DNA from: Saccostrea echinata
Lineage: Eukaryota
Assembly: GCF_033153115.1 (NCBI RefSeq)
Contig: NW_026889750.1
Span: 20,956,001-21,020,000 of the forward strand
DNA: 64,000 nt
Direction of reading: 5' to 3'
The notes beneath the pieces are model-generated. The model had not been told where the DNA came from. It made no database searches and saw only the letters and a program-made list of their open reading frames with translations. Positions 26,911 to 40,423 of the stretch are shown one piece after another; position 1 is the stretch's first letter, and the number at the start of each line of letters is the position of its first letter. Position numbers and translations under genes: made by a program.

Positions 26911-27943
26911 AAAGATTAATTATTGTATTATTGATATGTAGTCATTGTACGTTTCGTCGATGGAACAGCCACTGATCAAGAAATCTGTACAGGTGATATG
27001 CCTAGTGTTGTTCACGAACTGATAAATGGCAATGGTTTTCTTTAGAAATAAAGGAGAAAATATTCAGTGGATGTAAATATATCCCATTATTGTGAAACTT
27101 TGAATGAAAAATTAAAATCTATTCTGTTAAACTTATTCATTTTACTAATATAAACATGACTTAAGTTATTAATTTCAAGGTTCTTGGTACCATGTTGTAA
27201 ATTTTGATTTAACTGGAAGGCAGTTAATACAAAATTTACAAAAGCATGTAAATTTTGTATTTACTGCCACCCGGTAAATTAAAAATTTACAACTGAATGC
27301 CACGGCAACTAGATCACATGCACCCTCAAAGTAATAAATGAAGAAAAGATTCCATGTCACTTTTTAATGAAGAATATATATATTTACATTTAAACTAATT
27401 ATAAGTTTTATTTTCGATGACACTAATACCATATGCGATCAAGTTAAAATCCGTTTTCTAGCTTTAATGGTCGCTTATATACTTGTAATTAACATGATTT
27501 AACTAGGATTCAGATATATATTTAGATTTAACCTCTTACGTCTTTCATAAAACCTCTGCAAAAAGCTGTGTGGAAGATTCTATAATTATTTGTTCACTTC
27601 TTTTACGGTCACAAACAACCACTGCTTGGCACTGTTTATTGAGTATATCGCCGGGACGGAGGTTAAAATGAAGAATTAAATGGGAAAAAAATCAATGAAC
27701 TCCTTGTAAATACTATAATTTGAGAGAGAATTAGTAAACATTTTAAGAGTCCGGTAACTAATACTTATTTGTGAAGTCGTGATTTTTCAAAGTTGTGAAC
27801 TTCCATTGAGGTGATTTAAATATTCAGAAGCCGTATATGATTAACACCCTGTATATACATGCAAAATTGACACATTTTTTTTCTGTTTTAGCAACAAGGG
27901 AGATTGGACTTGTTAAAGAATATATTATTTCACATCTTGAGTC

Positions 27944-29602
27944 ATGGCAAACCTCTCGGAAGAAGAGAAAGAGGCGTTAGGTAAGCAAGCTCTCATTTTT
28001 TTTAGAATCATGCCAATGACTTGCTTAAAAAGACATTATTAATTATTTCTGCAACGTACATTGTACAGAAATCAAAAGGTCTTTCGAGTACTTAGATGTC
28101 AATAAGGATGGCAGGATATCGTCAGCAGAGGTGGTGCGAGGAACCCAGATTCATGGTTTAAATCCTACAAGGAAAGAGGCTGACGAAATGATAGCAGAAT
28201 TGGATACTAGTGGTAATTCATTAAAACCCCTCAAATAGGGAAAAATGCTTTATAATATACTTTAATTAGCTTAATTAAGCAGCTATTGTACATAAAACAT
28301 TGTCAGTGTTGAAACATGTTTAATTATTATGAATGCTGGTAACGCTATCATGTTAATTACAGGCAATGGATATGTTGAGTTTGAAGAATATGAAAAGTTT
28401 ATGAAAAAGGAACTGAAGAAATTGGATTATGAGCAAAAACTGTTCATGGACGCTTTTAAGAAATTCGATAAAGACGGAAATGGGTATGTGTCATTTGAAG
28501 AACTGAAAAAAGCTCTCTGTGGAACAGGGGACAGAATGTCGGACGAGGACGTGAAAATGTTTTTTGATGAAGCCGACCTGAATCAGGATGGTAAAATAGA
28601 CTACAAAGGTAGGGATTTCCTGACAAATTTGTCCTTAAAATCAGGATTTAGATTTGTGTGGGTGTGTTTTCGTCGAGGGGAGGAATAGGGAGGGTCTACA
28701 TGTATGCTCTATATACAGTACTACTGTCCATGCGTACATGAATAATATAGTCCTGTGCCCATTGACAACTGAAAAATGAGGAATTATTAAACAATAAATT
28801 TCGCTTCCAAATGCCCTGAAAAAGTTCAAGAAGACATATGACAGGTTGTAGTCATTTGGTGACATGCCAAATTATATGACTGAATGAACAAAAATTAGAA
28901 CAGAAAATTATGAAAGTTGAGGGAGTCCATCTTCCCAAGTCAAGGGTTTCTGATGTGGAGCGGAGTGGATCAGAAACCTTGATTTGGGGAGATGGAGGAT
29001 GCCAGACTGTCCTAGGGTGGTAATCCACATAGTACAATCTTCACAATGTTAAAAGTATGTACCCACAAAACTTTGACATCGAGAAGGTGTGTAAGTGAAA
29101 AAGTAACACGTTCTGCATGATCAGACGTTGTTGTATAAGTGGGAAAACGAACTCAAGGAAACTCTACGCCATCTTTTGCCGAAGAGGTGGCGTATTCATC
29201 AACACACCAATTAAGTATCACGAAATGTGTGATTGTTAAAAACTTCAAGCAAGGCCATTCATATTTTAAAAGGGTTAGTAAATACCAGATGGGGGTAGGA
29301 GCAGGGAAGAGGAGGTAAAAGAAAATGGAATGGGATCAGTGTAAGGGGGGGACAAGAAAGACAAACGGAAGGGAGAAAGGGGGGGGGGGAGTAGCTATCC
29401 CATTTAATTCTAAATGTCAGTAAAAGTAATGTTTAGTTCACCAGAAAAGAAAACATTGCAAAATGATAAGATTTATATATTTATATAAGATTTATATTAT
29501 ATCAAGATTTTTTACTAATTATAACATTAGTTTTCATTGATTACTAAAATGCTATTTTCTTTTTTAATTTCAGAATTCGTGACTTGGTTTTCAAGCGCGT
29601 AG
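27944..29602 (+). CDS. Calmodulin-like four-EF-hand protein (~151 aa)
   Basis: Exons 27944-27980, 28069-28212, 28363-28608 and 29574-29602. EF loops DVNKDGRISSAE, DTSGNGYVEFEE, DKDGNGYVSFEE and DLNQDGKIDYKE. GLNPT linker. Introns at calmodulin-like positions. Too divergent to be canonical calmodulin. Confidence 0.92.
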
Positions 29603-30825
29603 CTTCCTGTGCATTAATAATCAAAAACGCACATACACCTCGACAATCTTATGAACTTTCATCGTGTTCATGGCATTGATATTAAAGATATAGGCGTTAT
29701 TTCTTATAGAATTACGTGACTTGTGGACATTAACATTTTGAAGAATATTATGGCATGTATAAATGAATGCATACATGTACAACTATGCACTGTACAAAGG
29801 GGGCGGACCAGAACAATGCTGTTAGCATTTAAATCTCTGAGTTGTATTCTCTGATCGAGGATTAACTTGTGAATTTAAAAAAAAATTGATTTATCCATTC
29901 TTCTCATTTAAAAAAAACAAAACGCTAGAACGATAAGATGGTTTATTTAGCGTTACTCAAGCGAAAATAACATCTGAATAATTACATGTATTGCGTTACA
30001 TAATATCGCCTTGCTAAGTATCTACATACAAAAAAAATATCAGATTTTTTAACAGAACACTAAACATGATTTTTTTTTCTATTAACCTAGTCTTGCAAAT
30101 GGTAACAAGCCCTACCCTATTTTGATGATTTTTTTAAATTAATTATATGTACAGATTTTTTCCCTTGAACATACATTTGTAATGTTTTATTTTATAGAAT
30201 AAATCAATTGTTAAAATAACATTTTTCATTTTTATTTTCTTTTTTGTCATAATCTGAAGATTTGCAAACATTTGAATAAACACTGTGTTTTGTCTTCATT
30301 ATATATATTGTATATCGTTTCAATTGCCTGACAGACTAACCTAGACATAATTATTGCAAAACAGTTAAAATAAAAATAACACAATTATTTCTTATTTATA
30401 ATTCCTGTTTCTTGATTATCAAAAAACAAAACAAAACAAATAATTAAAAAGAAAATAAATCAACAAAATAAAACACACATGAACAAAATAACTCTATCAT
30501 TAGTATTGTAATGATAATTTATAATTCTGTTGAAAAAAATCAAAACACAAAGTCGTGTTAAGGCTATAAAAACGATGCATATGCATGTGTATTAGTGAAA
30601 AATAAGACTTGATGACACTTTGCATCCAAACCGCTAATACATGTACATGTATGAGTCACAAATTGTATAATTATCATGTTTTTCAAAGCAAAATGACCTT
30701 TAATGTTTATAACCCAGTCTAAAAAATACCATATAAACTACCTTCATAAATTTGTACGTTGTATAAAAACAGTCCATTAAATTTCAGACACATTATTTCT
30801 TCTAATTTATCAGGTGTTTGGAAAT

Positions 30826-33800
30826 TCAAAACTCTGTGAAACAAACAAAAACCTCAGTCACAAAAAAGAGATATCCATAAAACAATACCCTGTACACTGA
30901 AATATATACATGTACATTGTACTAAGTAATAGAATATACATGTGAATCATCGCACTTCTTTAAAAGTAAACAATATAATTTATTACTTACGATTTGTCCC
31001 GCGGAATAATTGAGGTACAACATCTTCATAAGTCGGCGGTGGACTGGTGTTTGTTGGAGCGGGCACTGTGAAAAAGTAAATTAAAGAGATAAGAAAGTTC
31101 TAGAAGTGCAACAATGCCTTTTCAAAGTAATCTTTATACTGTAAAAGTACTTTACTTCTCCCTTTTCACTATCCTAAATAGTGCCGGTCCTTATAGCTTC
31201 TAAAACTTTCTCCATAATTGTGATATGTAATTTAACGGAATATGAAGCCCTCTAAAATTGCTTCCATATCATATTTACAATAGATTTTATAACAAAAGAA
31301 GTTTGTTTTCTTCTGGAAAATTATCCACGTTTTGGAGAAAAAACAATCCAAAGTGAATGAGATCTAACACTGCCAAATTACTACTAGGATCTCCTGTTAG
31401 AAAGTCTGCATTTTAAAGACATGAATTAGCATGATAGTTTCTATGCGAAAAAATACTAGTATTTAACTCACAAGACTGTTCAGGAGGTTTAGGTGCCTGA
31501 GGTTTGGGGGCTGGTTTGTGTCTCTTGAATTCAGGTTCGTCTGGAGTAGAAGCTGGCGCCTTCTTGCACTTTGAAGCAATACTGCTGAATCCATTGCTAA
31601 ACAAATGTCAACCACCGATATTGTACAGTAAACAGAGTTTAATATATTAAATGTCATCCGGACAAGAGCATAAGAATGAAGCAAGAATAGATGCTAATGT
31701 GATAAAAACTTCAAATAGTTAACATAAAAAAACATTTAAAAAAAAGCATAATAACTATCTATAAAATGGTTACTCACCCAATTTTGCCCGCAAGTGAGGA
31801 AAATGCAGACTTGATCCCTCCCGGTAAATAGTAAAATAACATTCCGAACATGAGTAAGACAAAAGCAACAGATGCTGTCGCCAAAGGAAGGGCAACATAC
31901 ATGTTCTCCGGGTTGGTAAACATGGACACCATTTTCTCTGTTGTCGTTGTTGTACTGGTGGTCGTTGTAAGGACAACATTCACGGTAATCTGAATGGTGG
32001 AGTTTTTACCAGCTCTGTCAGAGGCAATGACTTTAAAAGAGAGAGTACTCCCGGAGCACATGGACGTCAGGAGGTCCTTCGTGTAGATGACGCCATTTTC
32101 TTTTATGCCGAAGAATTCTTTAGCCAGGTTGCTCTGGTCCAGTAAGTAGTAAATGGTGCCGTGGTCAGTATCAGAACCGTCACTTTCAAACGCTGTTACT
32201 TTTGCTACAGTTGTCAACATCTGGATGATGTGCAATAAAAAAAAGTTTGGAACTTATTTAGTAGAGTTTGATAATATTTAGGACAGCACATTTTTGGGTC
32301 CAAGAAAATTACTATATTAGAAATACTTTGCAAAATGACACATGACAATAAAGTTTATGTGTGTTCATGCTCACCTCAGCAATGCATTCAACATACACGG
32401 AAATGGACGACTGAGAAAATCTTGGTGCTGCCTCATTGTTATGCTCCACAGTTATAGACAATTCTGCCGAATCTCTCAGGCTTCCGTCAGAAACATATAC
32501 TGTACACATAACATTTGTAGGGACCCCACTGGTATCTAGGTCATAGGCATTCTTAAAGTGAATAGACCCTGTAGAGGATCCGAAAGTAAATCGGCCAGTA
32601 TCCGCTCCGCAGTCAAACTCGAACGCCACCGTATCTCCATCCGGGTCGTTGTACTTCCAGTGAAGGGTAGTTAAACTCTGCCCTGCCTTTAAGTCGAAAT
32701 GAAATTTGGGAAAATACGTACTGAATTTCAGCATCATCATAGAACTCATTCCACTCAGTATCATCCGTGTTACACAGTAAATCCACAACCAGCACTACTA
32801 ACACTACATAACAAGTTCCAACCACAACCACCAAGAGCTCTCCCAAAACAAACAATTTAAACGTGTTGTTTTTGATATTTCTAACTTGAATCAAGCATAC
32901 CAAAACTTATTTAATATTATCTATACATAATACATGTACGTGTAATTAATTTAAGTAAAAATATTTCTGATTTGGGGATGAGTCATAAAAAACATTCAAG
33001 TGTATGTTAACTATATATCCAGTCTTCCTATAACTTTTATATTTGCATAAGTAAAAGCACTTTTTTCAAACTCAAGCAAATATTATTTTTAACAAACCGG
33101 TCCTTCTGTGGTGGAGACGGAATAGTATTTCTGTAGGAACACCGGACTCTCGTTCTCATTGACAATGTCTATGTAGAAGTACTCTGTATCAAAGTACTTT
33201 CCGTCAGAGACAGAGAGCTTCACTCGGTAAACCTTGTTGCTATCCTCCAAGTTTTCTCGGTCTATTGTAAACCAAGAAGTGGTCCTAAGCTCTCCAGCTT
33301 GGGAAAAAAAGAATATTTAAACGTATTAATAAGCCTGCTGACGTTCAAATACAGTCATGTAGTCAGATCATTATCTTGCATTTCTATTTCTTCTTAAATA
33401 AAGTTTTCTTATATAAGGAAAAGTTATCGTACTTGTTTTATCCAGTTCGAACAAGCTACTGCCTTCTCCATGAACAAAACTGGCAGAGAACGTTAATGTA
33501 TCCAATGGGTCGGGATCAGTTGCCGAAAAAGTGTAAATGGACGTAGATGGCGCTGTATTCTCCATTACAGTCAAACTCTTGACGTTGGTCAAGACGGGTT
33601 TGTTGTTGATATCTGTGGAAATCAAAGAAAAATAATTTATTTGCTAAAATTTGCTAAGAACAAGAGTTGACAAATACACAGGTTGACATAATCTACTGCT
33701 ATATAACGAGAGATCCAAAATAGTCAATTATACTAAATATAAGTTGACTTACTAACAATGGTGACAGCAATAGACTGTCCTGTAACAGTGTTATGACCAG

Positions 33801-36800
33801 AAGAGTCTTGTAAAGTCAATGCCAGAGTGTATGCACTGTGGGAATTGTGAAGTAAATTTGCATTTACCACCAACTGACCATCTGAAAAGACAATGTGTTT
33901 GGAGCAAGGCTTATCATCGATTTAAAAAGATGGAAACCTAAGATGGATGCAAGCGTAAAATGGCGCTACCTGTAGCAAAAATTTGATAGATTTAAGGTTA
34001 TTGGTTGACCAATATTGATACATTTTAAACTTACTGTTCAGCAGAAGGAACGGACAATTTGACGGTGAGCACGACATGGTCAACCAAAGTTCGTCATTTT
34101 CTGGATCAGACGTGGATACTGTGAAGATGACGTCACCGATACTTGCTTGTTCAGCGTCCACTGTGACTTGCCCTGGATACAGTACCATTTTATTGATAAA
34201 ATAAAATATTATCTCAGACAAGCGCTTCAATAAGGCATGAATAGTGAAAACTAAATAAATATATTTTTTCAGTTGTAAGTCTGAATACTCTCAGTGAGTG
34301 GCATGTGTGCTTAATTTAGAAGCCAAAATATTTTAAGATCTATTGTGTTTTGTGAGTCTTTAATTTGGCACATCCTGTTTTTAAATTCCATGACAACTGG
34401 AATTAAATAAAAATCTCTTAAGCGTTTTTATACAGATAATGATTATACTAGTATATTGTTTACTTAATAGAAAACGTACAGAAAGTGTTGTGAAACTGAG
34501 GGGGTTCGTTCCGTTTGATGCTGACAGTGTAGGTTCCCGTTGCCGTATTTGTATTGTCCGAACACTCCACTTTTAAATTGTATGTGTTTTTTGTTTTATA
34601 TGCTAGCTGTGGCCAATCATACACAAATATGTCGTAGGCTGAAAAAATATATAGTGTTAAAAGTAATAATACTTTTATATATGAAGCAGTTATTAAGTGC
34701 TATTGGAGACAGAGAGAGAGAGAGATCGATCGAGAATCAACAAAGATGGTGTTCGACAAATATACATGTACAAACTGGAACGACTTGTAAAGTTTATTAA
34801 TTCGATTCAAATGCCAATATTTACTTTTAACGGCACTAGATGTCTGTCTGCAGTGAAATGGACCCTCGCTGGGGTTAGCTATATCACAGTACACAGGGTC
34901 ATTGGTGGAGGAGTCACTAGTCTGAACGGTGTACAGAGACTGCTGGGTTTCTGTGTCCTCCGACAGGTCCTTGTACTGGGCCCCAAGATTTGTAATGGAA
35001 AGAGGCTGTAAAATAAAGACGACAGGGTTAAGCTTGGTCTTGGCTTAACAGGGCCCGACATCTAAACACACACATTGTTACTACAACAAAATGCTCAGAA
35101 TATTCTGTTGATGTATTTTTTTTCTTAGACAATTGTTACTACACTGTAGATGTGTATCACTCTTACTGCATTAGCTACGATTATCGTCAGTGTCCTTGAG
35201 GACTGTCGCATGCACGCATCCATTATGTAGAACTCCATGGTGTACGTACCCTCTGGTATGTATGCCGAATCCGTTCTAACCTCGACTAAATAAAAGAAAA
35301 GATTGATTCTTTTTAGTGTCCCTTAACCTTAAAACAATCAATGGAATTTCTTACACAAAACATAATTCTGATAGATTGACTTAAGAGACTGCAAGAAGAA
35401 CGGTTCCACGAGTTTAAAAAATGCAGTGAAATGTGTACTTACGTGAGGAGGTATCCAAAACAAAGTACTTGCTGGAGTATAGTTTTTGTTCGATGAAAAG
35501 ATCAGTATTCAGTGTTGTTTGGTCTAAGTAGGAATAGGTCACATCCGTGACCTTGGTTCCGGATGGATTGGAGTCTGTTATAGTGACTGGTGTCGCGAAG
35601 GTCAGAGTCGGCGTGGTTCCTAATGAAATGAGGAAAAAAAATTATGAATATAATGTTTAATTGCTTTAAATTCTTTATATAGCATCCTCAGGGACAAATC
35701 AAAAATATCCTCTTGACAAAAACATCACATTTTAGAAACCTCTGACCTTGTCTAAATCACCTTGACCTTGATTCAGGATCATAATACAGCTTCAGGTCAT
35801 AAGCAAACTTACACAAACAATTCGTGTTACTATTCCATTTTGATTACATGTGACCTTGATCTTTCGCATATGACCTCTGTTTAGAGCCAGCTGATAAACT
35901 CTTTTTGTCAAACAAGAGATATCATTTCTCTATTAGAAAAAAATAACATTTAAAAACATTTTACCATGTCCTTATCCACATTAAAAGTGTAACCTAGCTC
36001 AGTTTGTTATTTAAATGAAACCAAATTTTTATTATGAGCTTGAAATCCATTTCCATCATAAAGATACAAAAACTTGACACTTCAGAGTCCCAACCTAATC
36101 CTCTTGCAAAAAGAAAAACATCATTCAGGGTAAAGCTATACGTCATCAAAAAACATTAAACAATTATGAAAAATAGACAGCGCTAGCCACTAGCCAGATA
36201 TATTTTATCCCAATAAGCTTCGTCTTCTGGGATACTCGTATTAAATGTAATAACTACACGCTTATCTAAAAAATACATGTAAATTAAAAAACGAACCTGT
36301 AACAATATTGGCCCGTACACCAAACAAGATGTTGTACTGGGCACCGGAGGTACTGGACCAGTTGATGATCTTCTCTTTCTTTATGAGTTCTGGTGCAATA
36401 CCAGTCATATACTTTGCCATGATGTAGTTTGATTCTGCCCCATAACCCAAAACTGCATCGCCGCTAAAATACCTTAATAAAGCATTTATTTATAAGTATA
36501 TATAATATTTATGAGTATTACTTTTTAAAAATAAATTCAAANNNNNNNNNNNNNNNNNNNNNNNNNNNNNNNNNNNNNNNNNNNNNNNNNNNNNNNNNNN
36601 NNNNNNNNNNNNNNNNNNNNNNNNNNNNNNNNNNNNNNNNNNNNNNNNNNNNNNNNNNNNNNNNNNNNNNNNNNNNNNTACTGTGTAAACTTAGAATAAA
36701 GTGGATATTTGTACCATCCGATGAAATCGCCGTTTTGAATCTGCAGTGTAGGGTTGGATGTTTGGGTTAAGGTTGATCCTACATGTGTAAAAATATTAAT

Positions 36801-38077
36801 CTTAATACATATATTATCATGAACAATACAATACTTCAAAACATTGATGCAACTACAAACCCCTTTACATTTTCTTGCAAATGTTTGAGGCCTTACCGAC
36901 ATCTGCAACCTTAATATGGTGCTCACTAACGCCCGAAATCATGAATGTGTTGTCGGGCAATCTATGAAAAACAACAAATTTGATGTCACCCGTTGTCTTT
37001 GGGCGAAAGGTCCAGCTGCTGATATGGCCACAGCATGAGGACATGAAATGACTGGACTCAACCATCCAGAGCGATCCTAAGGAAAATAAAAAGAGAAGAA
37101 CGCTTTATTCCACAATTTATATGATTATTTTAAACTGTTCGTACTGTTGTGAACTTTATCTACAACACTTTGTTAAATCGAACCATTTTACATAAATCGC
37201 ATGTTATCAAAATTATACAGGAAATTGTGTTTGAACCCGATTGTGTTAATGACATACCGATGGATGCTGTGGTGCTGGTGATTTGTGCTGGTGTGTGTGG
37301 TACGGGTGTTTGGAGTGCTGATGTGTGTGGTACGGGTGTTTGGAGTGCTGGTGATTTGTGCTGATGTGTATGGTACGGGTGACCTTTGGAGTGCTGGTGA
37401 TTTGTGCTGGTGTGTGTGGTACGGGTGTTTGGAGTGCTGGTGGTTTGTGCGGGTGTGTGTGGTACGGTTGGTAGTGCTGGCGACAATGATGTACGTAAAA
37501 TGTCGTTGATAAATTCGCCATAGTGCGGTTAATGTTTGATAAACCTCGGTGCGTTGAGCTGGTTGTGAAGTCGGAGGAACTGTAACTGTTTGGGTTGACA
37601 CCAACAGTTGTCGTTGAACATCGTGGAAGCGCTGTAATATGGAAGAAAAGTCCATTAATCACTTATAGAAAGAAGCTCGTTTCATCTAAAATTGGTATTG
37701 TGTTTCTTTACTATTTTTCAAACAAGTTATTGAAAAAAATTCAATCAAAAACACCCATTGAAGTAGTAGAAGCTCGTTTCATCTAAAATTGGTATTGTGT
37801 TTCTTTACTATTTTTCAAACAAAAGTTATTGAAAAAAATTCAATCAAAAACACCCATTGAAGTAGTAGGTCACTGATGTCATTTTCATCTAGGGAATTTA
37901 GAATGGAAAATTAATATAAATGTAATGTCATTGTTCATATATTTGGCAATATTGGGAAAATACTGGGGGAAAAACAAGTTTTATGCAAAAAGAAAACTTA
38001 CCTCCTAAATTTTCGAAAGCTTGATTAACAGAAATGAAAGAAATGATGAGAAAAACAGTCAGTTTTAAAAAATCCAT
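30826..38077 (-). CDS. Type I membrane protein: signal peptide, unrecognised N-terminal domain, ~6 cadherin-like repeats, Thr stalk, TM, Pro-rich tail with PPxY (~940 aa)
   Basis: Exons (high to low): 38077-38002, 37631-37545 (donor uncertain), 37076-36897, 36778-36715, 36472-36297, 35619-35443, 35285-35167, 35005-34825, 34638-34480, 34172-34035, 33881-33753, 33612-33433, 33297-33098, 32686-32375, 32220-31778, 31596-31472, 31065-30991, 30833-30826 (last exon uncertain). Total 2829 nt, in frame. Motifs [47 protein letters not shown]. Tail PPPTYEDV. Confidence 0.85.
36542..36678. other. Assembly gap (N run)
   Basis: Run of N within an intron of the cadherin gene. Confidence 1.
37268..37480. 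repeat. Minisatellite with 43-bp unit (one 30-bp variant)
   Basis: Unit gtgctggtgatttgtgctggtgtgtgtggtacgggtgtttgga, about 5 copies. Confidence 0.9.
37671..37867. repeat. ~98-bp tandem duplication in intron 1 of the cadherin gene
   Basis: agaagctcgtttcatctaaaattggtattgtg...cacccattgaagtagt occurs twice, differing by 1 nt. Confidence 0.95.
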
Positions 38078-38634
38078 GTTATGTTTTCTTTCCAAATTAC
38101 AAACTAGCTCAACAAAGCTCCCAACAGGAAAAAAATAAATATTATATGTCATATATATAGTTATCGCTAGATGAGAAAACAATGATTGTCTTCGCGCTAA
38201 GTTGATTTTAAACAACGATTGATCAATTTAAATGAAAGGCAGTTTAAACACCTGTCATTTCAAGATATCAATTCTGTATAGATGTATAAAGATTCGTAAA
38301 TCCAGAAGAAAGATTGTATGTCCAAATCTTGATTTTACTCTGTGTAAAAATCTAAATTCCATAATTATGAATTTAATTGGATAACTTCCAAAAAATTTTT
38401 TTTTCAATTTTGTATCACTCCGAAAGGGTTGAAACGAAAATTCAAACAGCATAAAAGAATGAGAAGGATAATATAGGCATCCACTGGTGCCAGGTCATTT
38501 TATTTTTCTACATAACAAAAAATGTTTAAAATCAAAAAACATAGTTTAAAAGTGTCATTAATGCGTCAGATATCAGTGTACATTTCATTAACGACCGATT
38601 GTACCCCTCTACCCCTAACATAATTATTATAATA

Positions 38635-39130
38635 TACAGACACACAGACAGAAAAAGCAAAAACAATATGCCCCCGAATCTTTGATTACGAGGGCATAAA
38701 AAATACAATTTCCGGGGTTGTATAAAATTATCATAGGGTTTGGAGATGAGGTTGGGATGGGGGACTTCATCACGAGCACATTGGCTACAACAACTGGCAT
38801 CAGTGTGAAAAGTAAGATAACTCTTGCCTATTCTCTCTCTCTCTTTTTTTCGACAAACCTGCAAGATATATAGCAACGACCATCCAGGGCTTTCATATTT
38901 CACGGGTGTATTCCTTGTGATAAGACCTTCCCTTGGATATCAACAATTTTGACCCTTTGACCTTGACCTTTGAGTTTGACCTACATTTAAAAAAAATTAA
39001 CCTTGGTCAAAACATTTTTGAACCCATATTGCTTTAGTGCTAGAGCTTTCATATTTTACCTGGTGATAGACCTTCCGCTGGTTACCAACAATTTGATCCT
39101 TTTACCTCCTTTTGAAAAAACTTTAACTTA
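38635..39130. mobile_element. Fragments of a Helentron-like element (terminal hairpin plus microsatellite; tgacctt-rich repeats)
   Basis: On the minus strand, tttatgccctcg..gattcgggggcatattg...ctgtctgtgtgtctg (38638-38703). On the plus strand, two diverged repeats gctttcatattt...gaccttc...aacaattt..tgacc (38889-39130). Confidence 0.5.
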
Positions 39131-40423
39131 TGGACAACAGCAAAAACAGTATTATCAATCTGTAAAGGTAAATTAACATCACCTCATAATAACAGATTTA
39201 TATCAATAGTGACCAAGTCATCAATCAAATACAGGCGATTAAAAGGATTATTTCTAGCAAAAGAATAATTTTTACAAGCCCAAGGCCGTAACTACCATTG
39301 AGGCATGTGAGGCAAATGTCTCACTAAAATTTTTGAGTTTTCTTAAAAGTGAAAAAGTTTTACTTTGAGTTTGAATTAATGATGTTTGTCTTCGTTCTAA
39401 ATTATTACTTCCAACTTTTGTTTCAATTTCTGTAAAATGATCATCTCACAACGTGCTTCATTATAGTTTAGAACGCATGTAAAAATAATTCAAAACGTGA
39501 AAACTTTCAAAGATTGTCTTTAACTTATTAAAACCCAGGGGTCCGTTTTACAAAAGAACTTACGAATGACCAAAAACTTTAGTGGATTGTAAAATTTTGC
39601 AAGTTAAAAATTACTAGCATCAAAATATCTTTCTAAATTCTTGTACAAAGAAATATTACAACCATTTTAAAATTAATGTAAGGTAGAAAGTTATTTGCAA
39701 AATTTCATTTCGGTCTTAGTCGTAGGACACCCCCCCCCCCCCCGAGAATCCCCATCAGGCCCCAAGACCATAAACTGAGAGCAGACTTAAGTCAAAATTA
39801 ATTTCAAATTAGTATAACTTTTGAAATAAATCCCAAAATAAAACAAAATTTCCATTATCATTAGATTATATCCACTCAATATTTACTCTCTTTATTGAAT
39901 AAAATTGAATGAATGTTAACAAGCTACATACAAAAAAACCATGCAACAAAGCCATAAGTGAGACTCGGTCATAATTGCTTTTAACACTCTTTATTTCATT
40001 GAAATACCAATTTTATAAAAACTTATTGTGAGGTCAATCTTAGCCCAATTTCGATGATTTTTTCAATGAATCATGCAGAATTGTTCAAATTTTATTGTCT
40101 TAAAATGCTAATTAAAACAAAATGGTACACTATTTATGAAAACGTCAAGACAAAAAAATTAATTTTTTATGTGATTTAGTCATAAAAAATGAGCAACAAA
40201 TAACACTGCAATTATATATAGTGGAAAAATAAAATTATGGCGCACTTATGGCTAGGTACTGTACATTTCAGCTTACGAATCACTCGATGATAGATTTACT
40301 TTTGACAACAGTTTCCGGTTTGTTAAGCAAGGGATGTAACTCACGACTATGGTTTGAAACGAAAACGTAAATAAGAAAATTTTACCTTTCTAGTTTATTT
40401 GATATCATTCTGGCTGGATTAAA

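Noticed and set aside
32700-32860. Hydrophobic TM-like stretch in a cadherin intron as an alternative exon
   Set aside because: No convincing in-frame splice sites; low-complexity CA-rich sequence.
37149-37662. Five overlapping ORFs (His-rich, Thr-rich, Val/Cys-rich) as independent genes
   Set aside because: They arise from a stop-free 43-bp minisatellite. Only the part overlapping cadherin exon 2 is supported.
37671-37867. CRISPR-like array or functional repeat
   Set aside because: Eukaryotic context, two adjacent copies with no spacers. A simple tandem duplication or assembly artefact.
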